Shown piece after piece: positions 40,198 through 54,100 of a DNA stretch of 64,000 bases; within the stretch, counting starts at the first letter, position 1; the number at the start of each line of letters is the position of its first letter. This stretch comes from Owenia fusiformis. Its lineage: Eukaryota. The DNA lies in contig CAIIXF020000001.1 in NCBI GenBank assembly GCA_903813345.2, forward strand, positions 41,788,001 to 41,852,000, given 5' to 3'. The notes below the pieces were generated by a model. The model ran no database searches, was not told the origin of the DNA, and was given only the letters and a program-made list of their open reading frames with translations. Made by a program: the position numbers and the translations under genes.

Positions 40198-40331
40198 TAT
40201 TATTGCACAATGGTCTCCCAATTTCTTATTTTTGCCGTTCTACTGACGCAATGAAGCAGTGAAATGGACTCTACACACGAATGGCTTCGCTTGTATATGT
40301 TGGATTGCTTGTAAATTGGCTCATAAAGTCT

Positions 40332-41161
40332 TACCCCCATAAATGTGGGTTATTTTGAGTTTTTTTTATATTTAGGACATTTGTTTCTCAAAATAACCCC
40401 ACAAATTTAAGGCTGTCATTCTTTGCGTTTTTTTTCACATGATTTGAAGATTCAAGTTCTGACAATATCGGCAGTTTCCTTCCCTTTTTTCTTCTCTTCT
40501 GTGAAGATTCTTTTTCCAATGTAATGAGCGATCGATCAGTCGCACGATGCTTTATAATTGGAACAATTTGCTGTAATATTTGACTCTCGAAATCTCTTCA
40601 AATTTTGGCCATTTTCAAGCGTTGCATTTTGGGAGGAAGTATGTGATGGATGGGAAACTTAACAGTGCCAAACGAAATCACATGTAAAATTAATAACAAA
40701 ATTATTGCTTATGCCTAAGTTTAGGAAAACAAAGGCCGTAGACGGTACAGTGGCCAAACTTGAGTTTGAAAGTCCTTTTAATACACCCTGGAGGGTGAAA
40801 ATCATTTTTCAAAATTTCCCTCCATTTTTACTTTTGGATTTCATATTTACGAGAAGTTTGTTATTTAGATAAATAATAAATATCAACTGCGCACGAAATT
40901 TGAAAAACTTTTTAGAAATATCTGTTATCCGTATTAAATACAACACTTAGAGGGCTATATTTGGTAGCATGTTGAAGATTAATGTCTTGTCGATACGAAA
41001 AACATAAAAAGGTGAGTAAATTCTATTAGTACAAATTCTATGTGTATGATATTGTTTAGCAAATCCCCAAAGAATCAAAGCCTTAACTTTGTGGGGTTAT
41101 TTTGAGAAACAAATGTCCTAAATATCAAAAAAACTCAAAAAACCCCACATTTATGGGGGTG
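40332..41161. mobile_element. Non-autonomous element with 9-bp TSD (Mutator-like)
   Basis: ~80-bp TIR tacccccataaatgtggg.../...cccacatttatgggggtg; ataaagtct at 40323-40331 and 41162-41170. Confidence 0.88.
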
Positions 41162-41329
41162 ATAAAGTCTGTAACCTCTTTTATTTTGATGCTTCTCTAC
41201 CATGTTAATTCTGAAAAAAATAACATGGCAGACAGACCTCAAATTACTAGAGGGCACAGGTTTATTGCACGAAACACTAAATAATCTGAATATACAAATG
41301 TCATTCTACTCATGTCTTGTCTACTCATT

Positions 41330-41790
41330 TTCAGAATAACCATTCAACGGATCAATTTCAAATTTTCAGGGCTGATTTTAAGTATGAAAATCTAGATCTG
41401 ATTAGTTTTTCGGCATTTTGAGTAAATGTTAAGGCACCCATTTAGAATTTTCCGTCCTAAAATCTTGTCTGTAAAGTCTTGTCTGCATTTTCAGGTTAAC
41501 CGTTTGAGGGATCAATTTCAAATTTTCATGGATAATTCTTAGTATGAAAATCTTGGAACTGATTCGTTTTTCCGCATTCTGGGTAAATTTAAGGTGACCA
41601 TTTTGGATTTTCCATTCTGAAATCCTCTCTGTAAGGTCTTGTCTACACGTTTCCTGGCAAACCAGTTGACAGATCGATTTCAAATTACCAGGAATGATTC
41701 TTTGTATGAAAATCTCAAACTACTTAGTTTTTAGGCAGTCCTGCTAAATTTTAAGGCGGCCACATTAGATTTTTCTCTTAAAATTTTGTC
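41330..41790. repeat. ~160-bp degenerate tandem repeat (about 3 units)
   Basis: gatcaatttcaaattttc...gtatgaaaatct...aaggcacccattt recurs near 41350, 41510 and 41672. Confidence 0.7.
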
Positions 41791-43169
41791 TTTTCGACTG
41801 ATTAGTGTTAGGCATTCAGGATGAAAAATTTGCTGTATATAGAATCACCCATTGGTGAGACGTGTTGTACATATTTGTGTTCTTGTATTATTTGGGAGAA
41901 TTTTAATATTTTTCCCCCATTTTTGCACTTTGAATCTTAAATAACTACACCAATTGATAACATAACAAGGATCTTTTGGGAAATATTATAGTTGAGCTTG
42001 TGAGGAATACATTGGTAGATCAATTATACATATTACTCGCAAGTTTGTCACAACCTATAGATCTGATTCTGCCTTTAATACACATATTTCAGTTTTCATC
42101 ATGATATAAACTACAACCCTACCATAACCAAACCAAAATTACTTTTAAAGTCTTGGTAGTTATATATACTAGATTGGGATGATGATAGCTTGGTTCACCA
42201 TAGAAATGTACATGTTGATTCCTAACATCAAAAGATAAGTCAAGCTATATACAGAGTGTTATCTTTTAGTTTCACGCTCTGGAGTAGCTATCAATAAGGT
42301 GAACCTAATTCTTTTATTATCAAATCGCATTTCTTTGGACTTATCAACTCTTAAAACATCATATGTACTCGAAGGTTTTTGCTAATGGGCCAACTAGCCA
42401 TGTGTTCCCATCCTTCTTTAAAGGACTTCATTTTTGCTTAAATTTAGCTAGTGATCAAACCATAAAATGCGTTTTCTGCTTTCTCCAATCACAATGCCAG
42501 GATTTCTCAAATGGGGTTCTATTTTTGCTAAATTTTCATGTATATTTGCACTTTGTGCGCTACCTAATTCTAAAAGATATGCGCCTCTTCGTCTTCGTGG
42601 TCAGAAAATTGTTATAATCCCAAGATATGACTGTCTGAAATTATTTGCAATAACCCACGTGGCCTTTTGTCTTACCAATGTTGCCAGATCATCTATTAAA
42701 GCAGGCCTGTAGCCATTCTTGTTCTATTTTTATGGAAACCAATGCATGACATTGCACCACATCTTGATTCACAAGGTTGCAGTTGCTTCAACTTGCTTTC
42801 TTCGTTGTTATAACACCTTGGAAGTCTATGATGACTGTACCACACACAATCCCTAGTCCGTTACAAATAACATCAACTGAAGGTAGAGGTTTGTGTAAGT
42901 TAACGGTCTACACAGTACATAGCCTATAATATATCTAGGTTTTGAGGGGATGGATACTGAGTAGCTTATGCTATTAAATCATTATTTCAGGATTAGAAAA
43001 ACTAGTTCTATTTTTGTATTGACACATTTTTACACACCACCTTCTAAAACTTTTCATACAGTAAGTTATCCATAAGGTCATTAAAATGATACTTTTTTAA
43101 CTGCATCAAAGGTGTGATGATGAAAACGTTTCATTTTTAAACCTTCTATGACCTAAGTTTACTTTATTT

Positions 43170-43600
43170 CGCGTAGCTATTTGCGTGACCTGAAAGTTCT
43201 AAATCAAACTAATTCTACAAATTTGTTTTTACACCCGCACTCTAAATAAAACAATGACACCATCATAAGTATTCTTCTTTGTCATTGCTTTAATAGTCAG
43301 TATACCGAGTATAATCAATAAAAGATTCTACAATGAACAACAAAATTTGGAAACGGGTATTCTAGATTTGCTTTCAAACCTCTGAACAGATTGACCTAGA
43401 TAACAGCGACGCATCTTCTTTGGTCTACTGCTCAGTTGTTTGTGGGTTTTCAACGTAACTCTATAATGTAATTTTTATTCAATTGTTGCATCGATGTTGC
43501 AGTTTGTAGTGCGGTAAGATTGGCATGAAAGTGTCGCTTAGAGAACATATGAAATGTAATGCGAGATTTAGAAACTGAGTGTCTTAAACCAGTATTTTAA
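43170..43600. repeat. Dispersed repeat, inverted copy of 58700-59110
   Basis: tagctatttgcgtgacctgaaagttctaaatcaaact...gtcattgctttaat matches the reverse complement of 58900-59110. Confidence 0.8.
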
Positions 43601-44289
43601 TTTTGAAAGATCAATCTTTAATTTTGCGGCAGTTCAATGGAGAGATTGTTAGATCAACAAAAATTCTATGTTTGCAACATTTGTTTATTCTACCTGAGTA
43701 AAACACAGATGAAAGTGACTGACATTAGACTTCATTTTAATCATTAAATATATGTATGACCGCCATTATCGAATTCGGACAGTCATTATTCACTGACTGG
43801 CATTTTCCTCATTTATCTTAATACATGGGCTAATACTGTTGGGACCTCAATATGGAGTCTGGTTTGGTTAAAGGTCAATGTAATATTCATTTTGGTTGAA
43901 ATGGTCTATAGCAATGCTGGAAATATGCCATGTTGGGTCGATTATTGGACCTTTATAATTATTAATGTTGGCTGATAATGTAATTTCCTGTGAGAATTTG
44001 TTCTTGTTAACAAGACTGGACTGCCAGAAACTATTGCAATATTCCATGCTTTGCTTATGGATATCATAATGATTAACCATGTCATCTCGCATATCTCCGG
44101 CTCCATTGTGTGTTGTGTTTTGAATATAAGTTGATAGAAAATCTATCAGCTTCTACTTCAACAAAAAAAAAAATTTTGTGGACACTGTTTAGCGCTCAAC
44201 GTTCGGCATCAGTAACGAATAGCAGGTGACATTTTGCATGTAATGCCTGGTTATATTTTTATTTTGTTCTGCAATAAAAACGTTCTTCC

Positions 44290-44885
44290 TTACTCACTTC
44301 GAGAGCCATGTTAGATTTTGAAACTTATGGCTCTCAAACGGGAAAGTGAACAGCTGATCAATAGTGACCTTTGAAATCGAATTAAGTCGATCAGCAGCTT
44401 ACTTTTGGTCTCTAATTGTGTCTTACATTAGTATCATCAATCCTTGTAAGTATTGGAGCACTGGAGTACTTCTTTTTCGATCAAGACTTGTAAATTGTTC
44501 ATCGAGTGAAAGTTTTTAGACCTATTTCCAATAGGGCGGTTCGCTAGGAGCGAGATACGCAACGAACGAAATGAATTTTGAGAATTAGTTAGGTTCGGAC
44601 AACCTCCGGAGATTTACGAAAATGTCCGAGCAGAAAACGCCATATTGGAATTTGGCAGTAAAACGATTCACTCGACTAACAATTACAAGTCTTGATCGAA
44701 AAAGAAGTACTCCAGCGCTCCAATACTTACAAGGAATGATGATACTGATGTAAGACACAGTTAGAGACCAAAAGTAAGCCGCTGATCGACTTAATTCGAT
44801 TTCAAAGGTCACAATCAATCAGCTGTCCAAATGCTCCGTGGGAAAGCTATTATATCAAAATCCAAATAGCTTTCGCAGGAAGTAA
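44290..44885. mobile_element. Palindromic MITE with 8-bp TSD (TTAC...GTAA family)
   Basis: Arms of ~200 bp; gttcttcc at 44282-44289 and 44886-44893. Confidence 0.88.
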
Positions 44886-45118
44886 GTTCTTCCCACATTG
44901 AAGTTACCTCTCCTCAAATTCCTAAACCCCAGATTTGTTTTCAACAATTCAATGTGCCTTTAATAAGTCCTACAATGCTACACTAACAATTGCAAAACTT
45001 GCAATGTTGCGCGGAAAATTACATAATACTAACATGTTTCATTTTAAATTGAAAGATGTAATATAAAATTGAGATTGACCCTAATCGATAAATTGTTTTT
45101 AGATCAGAACATATCAAG

Positions 45119-48100
45119 ATGGCAGTGAATGTGTTCAGTACCAATGCTACAACAGAGAACCTGAGCAGACATGAAATCTTAGCCTGGGTGAATGATTCCC
45201 TAGATGCCAGCTTTGGAAAGATAGAAGAACTGTCTTCTGGTATGTATCATTCATATTTCATTAGAGGGGGGAAGTGTTCCAGTGGCCTGGAGCCAGAAAT
45301 GTCAAGATAATCTGATCTCAAGTTTTGAAAAAAGGTTTTTGTTCCCTATGACTATTACTCGCTCAGTAGCACACTTTTATCTCACCACCAAAGGTGGTAA
45401 TATTCATGTGGATGGTGTTTGGCAGTTGGTGGTCAGCGTCTGTAACAAATGGCAAGTGGTTATATTTTACGTGTTAATGTCTTGTTCAACTTAACTATAA
45501 CCAAATACTGAAACATCTCGGCCATATTTTCAAAATAGTTATTGAAGTCACGTGTGTATATGCTCCTACCATAAGAATCGTATACATCTAAAAAAAAATT
45601 ATTTGAGAGCAAAATTAGCTTTACTTTTTGAACAACCTCACCTTGTATATTTTAGAAAGATGTATTTCTCTGTTACAGGTGCACCGTACTGTCAATTCAT
45701 GGACTGCCTATTTGAAAGTATGTATTTTTGATTTCTTCCATAAGGCCATACAAAGTAGATTCTTTGTTTTGCGTCCCCTTGCTTGCACAATTTTGAGTAA
45801 ATAAGAAAAACAGGCACATCCAACATGTCCAAATAGCAATCAGAAGGGTCTGAAAGTACCATCGCATTTCGTTCAATCAGAATCAGACGAAATGGTGGAT
45901 AATTTGATGTGCGTCAAAATTGAAAGTGTTATAATTACTTTGGCATACATTATGTATTTTCTTATTTTTTACCCTTGAATAATACCTATGTTTAAATATA
46001 TTTTATAAAATGTATAGATATGTGTTTGTAATCACTGCAAATTGGTATGTCATCCCTTTTAATGTCCATAAAATGTATACATTTCTCAGCAAACAAGTTT
46101 GTGTTTTTGCTTGAGTTTGTGTTTGTTTTCCTTGTATCTTTGCATGATTTGGATTTAGCCAGGACGCAAAACAAAGAATCTACTTCTTATGGCTTAATAC
46201 AATAAATCCCTATTCAGGTTTCCATGTTATATACAAGCTGTGTTCTTCATAGGGTTGCAACAGTCGAAGAACAGTTGGGAAATCTAAGCTCATTTTTCCA
46301 TAAAAATTGTCTCAAAATGGCTAAACAGGGAATTCTAGAATTCAGAAATTTTGAAATAAGTGAAAATTTGAAAATTGTACCTATAGCTGAAGATAAAATG
46401 AGAAAAAGCATCAGTAATATGAAACTACCAATTTTAATTTTTCACTATGAGATGAGAACAACAATTATTTTGTCAGGTAGTTCCAACACTTGAATCAGAA
46501 AAGTCAGGAAATTTTGATTTGAAATTTCTGTGGCAACCCTGTTCATGCTTACATATTGCTGACATAAATAGAGGTTATTTAATGGAAGAGAATATGAATA
46601 TGAATATGAATTTTATTCATATTCTATGCATCTCGACCGTCAATGACCTATTTATTCCATAATATTTTTTGTGAAATTTATTATCCCATCGAACGAAGTT
46701 CGGAGGGATATAGGGAACGCCTCCGTCTGTCCGTCCGTACGTACGTCCGTCCGTCCGTCCGGGCAATAACTCAAATACCGTTGGCCCGATTTTGTTCATA
46801 TTTTGTACACATATACCCAATGGGGATAGAAGTTCTGCTCGAAAATGGATTTTCAAAATGGCCACTCATTTAAAAATGGCGGCCATTTTAGTGCCAATTT
46901 TACAGTTTTTTAGGTACTGCATATAAAACTGTAATAGCAATATGTTTTAAATGTAAAAAAGTTATATAGTACATTGATTAAGCTAGAAATGTAAATACAG
47001 AAGAAATACATGGCAGCCATCTTGAAAAATGGCTGCCTTTGCACGTCCTTTTACAATTTTTGCTGTAACTTGAAAGATAGTAGAGCGATTTTGTTCAGAT
47101 TTGATATGTGAATACTTATGAACCTTGCACACTGTCTCATGACACTTCGCATAGAAGGTGGCGATTTTAAAAAATGGCCGTCATTTTTACATTTTTTGCT
47201 ACAACTCCAAAAGTATTGGAGTGATTTTGTTCATATTTTATATGTGAATACTTTTAACATGGCACATTGTCTAATAAAACTTTGGGGAGTAGTGGGCCCT
47301 TTTGAAAAATGGCCACCATTTTTATGTGTGTTATTTTACATTTTTATTATAATTCAAAAAGTAATAGAGCGATTTTGTTCATATTCGATATGTGAATACT
47401 CGTAAGGATTGCATACTGTCTTATGACATTTTGGGTAGTTGGCGCCGGCGGCCATTTTAAGAAATGGCCAGCATTTACATGTATGCGTGGGCGATTTTTT
47501 AAAAATTTTATATGTGGCTACTTAAAAGCATATTACTTCTTCTGATGACAACTGGGCTAGTGAGCAACCATTTTGAAAATGGTGGCCTTTCTTATGTGTG
47601 TTATTTTACGATATTTGCTATATATTTTGTTTGTAAAATGCCAGCCATTTCTGTTCGATGGGATTCGCTACGCTTTGGCGTTGCCGTTGTTCTGGTTCAT
47701 TTTGTCATCACCCAATGATGGTGACATAAAACGATACAATTTGATTCAACATATAATGTTTTCCATTTTTATAAACAAGTTTTTAAAATAGATTGAAAAA
47801 TGTAAAAAATCCCCTGGAATAGTTCTGATACAGGATCTGATACAGGATTTTGGCTGATATGGGATATGATGCCGGATTTTTTGAATATCAATTCTATTCC
47901 CTGTTTATATCCCAAAGAAAACATGTTATTATCACTGCTACCCACCTAGTTACACAGACGTATCGTCAGTGTATCATGGCTGAACTACTTCCGGGATTTG
48001 AATTTGGTAAGATATTTTTATTTCTCGATTTACATCTACTTATAAGTCACGATGTGGATTATAATTTGGCTCGAAGTTATGGGAGATAGTCTAGTTTGAG

Positions 48101-51100
48101 AATGTGTCAATGGTTTTAGGCTTGGTATGTTAACGAAGACGCATTTCACATATTTAGTCCCTCGCTTTTTTTACACTGACGATCGGCATTAATATTGCCA
48201 ATATTACACTGATATTGGTCGTTCGTTAGTGTAACAAAAGCGAGGGACTAAATACGTGAATTGTGTCTTCGTTAACATATAAAACCTAAAACCATCGACA
48301 CATTCTCAAACTAGACTATCTTCCTTAACTTCGAGCCAAATTATTATCCACAACGTGACTTATAAGTAGGTGTAAATCGGGAAATGAAAAAATCTTACCG
48401 AAACCTAGTCCCGGAAGTAGTTCCGCCATGATACACTGACGATACGTCTGTGTAACTAGGTGGGTAGCAGTGATTATGGAATAAAAGTTGTATTAGCTGA
48501 TATGTTTATGTTTATGTCCCTTTGTTTCCTCCCTATTAATAGTACAGGCTAGGGACATTCCAGTGAGGCCTCTTTCTATGACATACCCCCGCACCCGGTA
48601 TAACAAGACGTATGTGGTACCATTTTGTTCGGTATGATGTGAAGTTTTCAGAAACCAATTTTGACATTTTCAAATATGGGTCAGATTCCAGATAATTAGC
48701 GTAATGTTACATAATTTATTGTTTTCTATGTTTTTATAATTTCAAGGTTTAAAACAGCTATGGTTAGGTTTTTATCAAAGTATAACAACAGATAATGGTG
48801 GTAATGCTTTCAGAAAAAATTGATGACAAAATTTTAAGAAATTTAAAATCAATATTAATCATAATTATGTAATTATTATGTAATAATGTTAAAAAATTTG
48901 AAATTAGACGTTGCAAGACACGCAATAAACTGGTTAAACTTCACCAAATACAAAAAATGAATAAAAGGATGTGATAGCACAATTTTATTTCCACAATAAC
49001 ATAATTAATATGAGGATATAATATTATGTAATATATACAGACTTATAGATTTTCAGTATCTGTTTGCCATACAGTAATTGTTTTATCAGAGTCACTATGC
49101 AGAGCTTATGGCCATCCAGATAGGATGGTCTTGCTGAATGCATTCAACAAAAGGTTATGTGTAGCTAGTTTATTTAATACTTTGTTATCCCACCAAATGA
49201 AGGGAGGGATATAGAAAAGCCACCCGTCTGTCCGTAAGTATGTTTGGATGATTACATAAATACCGATTGACATATTTGATTCAAATTTTAATCTCAGTGG
49301 TATTGAGAAACCTGCCGATGATGGAAATATTGGTTTTATTAGTGGATGCTGCAATCCATAACTTTGATCAAATCGAAGACACTATTGATGGGAAGGGATC
49401 AACACATCCTATGTCCATGGTCTTGTATAAACGATCAGAAAATAATAATGATAACAAGGAGCAGAACAGAAAAACAAGACTTCTCTGGAAGACACAGATA
49501 TATGTAACTATGGAAACCAAAGGTTGATGAGTTAAACCAAAAGTGACACCAACACCGAATCCCATTTCATCAAAAGAAAATATAGAAATGATGACAAAGT
49601 CCAGTTCATACCACAGTACAATCAAATCTGACCTGATGTGGAGACTTGTGAGGCATATGAGACAATCAGAAGGCAGAAAGAAGGCCATTTACAGGATGGT
49701 AAAAAAAAACTTACACCATTTTTCTCATATCTTTGTCATTTTAAGAACTGATATTTTACACATTTGTACATATTAATTCAATTTCCTACCAGCCCACTAT
49801 ATTTCATGACCATCAGATTGATAGTCACAATGTTACAGCACTTTAAAGAACATGCCCCAGTGGCCACTATTGTGCTGTCAGCAAACCTGCACATGTAGTC
49901 CAAAATGTCTCTACTTGTGGGGAAACGGCAACGATAAAGTGTATTAGAATGACCTCAGGACAATTGCAGACCTCAAAAGTAAGATCATTAGTGTCATTCA
50001 GGCCATATCTGCTGAAGAATGTATTTGGATCATAGACAACTGTGCAGGTTTGACAACAGCGTGATAATGCCCAAACCTGAAGCATGTTGTTTAAAGTGCT
50101 GTTGTATGATAGTGAATGATGTACAAATGTGTGAAATATGAGAGAGTAATATTTTAAAATGACAAAGATATGAGGAAAATGCAAGGTTTCCATTTTTTGA
50201 CCACCCTGTACAACAAAGCACAAAAGAACCATCCATCTCGTGTATAGAATATGACAATGAATTGGAAATATGCACTTGACAGCAACCCTAGCCTTATTTC
50301 CAGGATTGTTTTTTTTGTTTTTTTTATTAAGTTATTCATTTGTACAAAGAATACAATACAAAAATACAGTGTGAGTGGCTGTGCTTTTAGCATTATTAGC
50401 CACGTCCAGGATTGTTAAACTGTATAGTGAATCGAGATGGCAAGTGAAGCATGTTTCTGGCTGATGTTTAAGTCTGCAGAAGATTTTTGTTAAAATCTGT
50501 AAGAAAACCAGGTCTATCAGGGAGGTGGTAAAGTCACATTGTCACATCGCCAGCGACTATGCAGAATCTGTTAGAAATCTGTACATTCAACACAAAAACC
50601 TCTTGAAGAATGCCAACCAAAGCGAGTCGAAAAGGATGAAGATGATGTGCGCAAGATATGTAGTCTTGTAGGTCCAAATTATAGATGGTGTCTTAGGAAT
50701 GGTAAAATAAGGCAAATCTTGCTCATTTGAAAAAAGTGATGAATCAATCATCTTAGCTGGACGTTTTCAAAAAAGGGTGAAGGCTAATGACCATAACAAC
50801 AACTGGCTTTTACAGTGCAGAGTAAGAGAGTATACATGGAAGCATGTCTTGATGAGGCAGATACTCTAATGATTTACCATGCAATACAAATGTCAAAGAC
50901 AGTTAAGTAAGAATAAGAGAAATACCGTAGTTCGATGCAGTGATGCTGATGCGTTGGTCATGTTTTTGTACTACTACCACACAGTTCTTTACATCGTCAC
51001 ATGAGATATTCATGCACGGTGGCCATGGGTCAAAGCAGCGCATCATCAATTCACAGAATATGAGAAAACTTGGTGAAAAGTTTTGCAAATCATTATCAGC

Positions 51101-54100
51101 AGCTCACACCCTTATAGGATGTGACACTACCTGTTCATTTGCTAAAATTGGGGATATATTACACAAAATTAATCAAGAACATTGATCACCTCACCTCTTC
51201 TACCAGCACATCTCCAATGTCAAATCTGGACAAAGTGCTCACACAGCAAAGCCCAAACTTTGGAAACCAGAAGGCAACGAATGCTACTTTATTGATGGAA
51301 GTCTGGTTCCTAAGATGATTTTGAGAGCATCCGCCCCATTGAATTAAATAAGGCATCTTACCCAAATCTATTGTAAAGATGGATTTCGCACTAATCAGGC
51401 TTGTAGATGCCTACTTGCAGGATTGTTGCGCATGTCTATCTGTTCCTGTGAGGTGGGTATTTGCCAAAACACAATAATGGTTGAGGAAAAACCATATCCA
51501 GATGTTTAGAATAAAGATGTTTGAAATAATCATATCATCATATTATATAATGATTCTATTGAAAGATGTAAGCCCTTATATGTATATGATATTTATCATG
51601 TTTAAAATGATCAAAACAGTTACCTGATTTTTATATGCATGAATATTTGGATAAGTATATCTGATTAAATATTTAATGATATTATCATTGTGTCTTAATA
51701 CACCGTTCAAGTACTGTTATTTGCTGCTACATATACATGGCATATATTGTTTACAATGAGATTAAGTCTTTTTTATAAAGGTTTGTACTCATAATAAGAT
51801 ATTATTGCTTGAATTGGTTTAGCACATGACGTTTATATCATTTAGAACAAAAATTATGTTATCTTAAAAACGAAAACAATTCAAATTGTAATTTTACTCA
51901 TAAAACAATGGAAATTATGTAATAATTACAAAATTCTGAGTCAAAAGTATTTTTGATAATTATCAAAATTTATTTTAAAGTATATACACAATTAATATTT
52001 GTTTAGCTCATGATTTGTTTTCATTATTTCCTTTAAAAATGCTTTACAAAAAAGTCTATGTCATAATAATAGATTACATAACATTATGTCGTATTTATCG
52101 AATCTGACCCATATTTCAATCTGTCAAAATTGGTTTTCGCAATGTACTCAACAAGATGAACAATTTGATACCCATGACGACTTGTTATACTGGGTGCGGG
52201 GGTCAAGTTGATATTTGGCTCATAGGTAGCCTGCACTATAAGGTGAGCATAGAACATTAATAATCCAGCTAGACCACCAATGATTAAATAAAGTTTTTGA
52301 AAAGGGGGTATTAAATAATAATTTTACATTTATCATACAGAAAAGTAACATTTCCGTAAACATAAACATATCGCAAGGATATTGAAAGGTTACATTATTC
52401 TGCTTCTATGAGTTAAAAAGTTTTATCATCATTGGCAATAATGTAGCATTTTAGAATGGACCCAGTTGGATGTACACTAAAACCTGTGTACAGTGAGCAC
52501 CTATGGAGCCACAATAATGTGTTCAATGTAGGTAGGTGTTCACTACATAGAGGGTAATTTATACAAAAGTCAGTGGAGTATGTGCAGAGGAAGGGTGTCC
52601 ACTAGAGACTAGTGTTCACTACAGAGAGGGCAATTTATACAGAAGTCAGTAGAGTATGTGCAGAGGAAGAGTGTTTATTAGACAGGTGTTCACGAGAGAG
52701 AGCTTTCAACCCAGCAACAGGCAATAAGAATATCCATTCAATTGGAGCTGTTATACAACCATTTTAGTCCCTGGATGATTGGAGCCCAAAGACCTTTTGG
52801 TCTTCCCTTCACTGTAACCAGATGAACTGTCTGACATATTTACATATTTGAATGTTTCACTGTTGTTCATTGTTGTATCTATGAATTGCGATTTATTTCT
52901 AGATTGTATGCCTGTGAAGAAAGTAAAGTTCAACACCAAATTGGAGCATGAAAAGTTAAATAATTTCAAGTTACTACAAACTTCTTTTAAGAAAATGGGT
53001 GTTGATAAGGTAAAAACTTCTGTTAACTCGTGATGAGATCATAATACCAATGTATACACTCATGGACTGAAATATAAAATTGGGAAAGCCTTTTTTGAAC
53101 GAGAGTATTCAAGTCGCCACCAGAACGTTGTGGCATATTGTTATAGCCAGTATTTTTTGTGACAGGTCCTTGGCATCCCTAGTCAGCATTTATGAAGTAA
53201 CAGCATCCGTAACAAATTGTCACACTTTTGTTGAAATAATTAACCAGATCCTGACATTTTGTCATCTAAACTTAGTCTTATTAAAATATTGGTATATAGT
53301 TTGTTTTGATGTCATGAGATATTTCATATGCTAAATATTTATATAAGCTATCATTCTAAATTCTTCGTCAACAAACTGTAAGAGCTGAATATGCTTCTAC
53401 CCAGTCCACATGTGAACATTAGTTTTATGAGCTTACCAGAACAGGGTCACAGGTGAGACGAGCCAGTCGAGGGTTAGACCACTGAGTCACATGTCTTGAG
53501 TGAGAGATCAGTGAGTCCCTAATTCGGACTGTTGAGTCAGAGGTCAGCTAATATGTGTACTTGGTTTCAGGAATTAATGAAAAAAATTGATAGAATTTGA
53601 TACTTAGTTCCTGCAGCTAAGTGTCATATATGTGAAACTGAACAATACAGCTTGCTCTGAAAGCCCCCCCCCCTCTCTTATCTGTTTACTAACTCAACCC
53701 TCTGAGTCAGAACAAGATATTTCAGATCTTTAAAACGAGAAAATTACACAAAATATCTTGTTGTGATTCTTACTGAGAGCAAACTGTATCCCATGCCAGT
53801 TATTTGTGATCTCTGAAGAACTTTCTAGAACCCCTGTAGTAATTAGATTGAAGAATGTATATGGCTATTTGACATTTTTGTTTATATTATACATGTACAT
53901 GTTTTATGTACAGAGTGTGCTTGTGTGTATCGTCCTGTCTCATGTGGAAGTGCACATGCATAGAGGAATTTTTGTGCATTATATTTAGTTGTGGGTTCTA
54001 TTAGTATGAGGAGGTCATAATTGTAACAATGGCATAATTTTATAATTCTAATTTTTGCAGTACATGACTAGAATTCTCATATTTATCCTCAATATATATT

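Larger units (their letters stand above)
46568..48484. mobile_element. Third copy of the atagaggttattt family, split by two later insertions
   Basis: atagaggttatttaatgg start, ctgatacaggat repeats near 47825, end acatgttattat...attatggaataa. Confidence 0.7.

Noticed and set aside
49267..51318. Short ORFs as a nested host gene
   Set aside because: Frameshifted, stop-ridden remnants inside Academ and Tc1 TIRs
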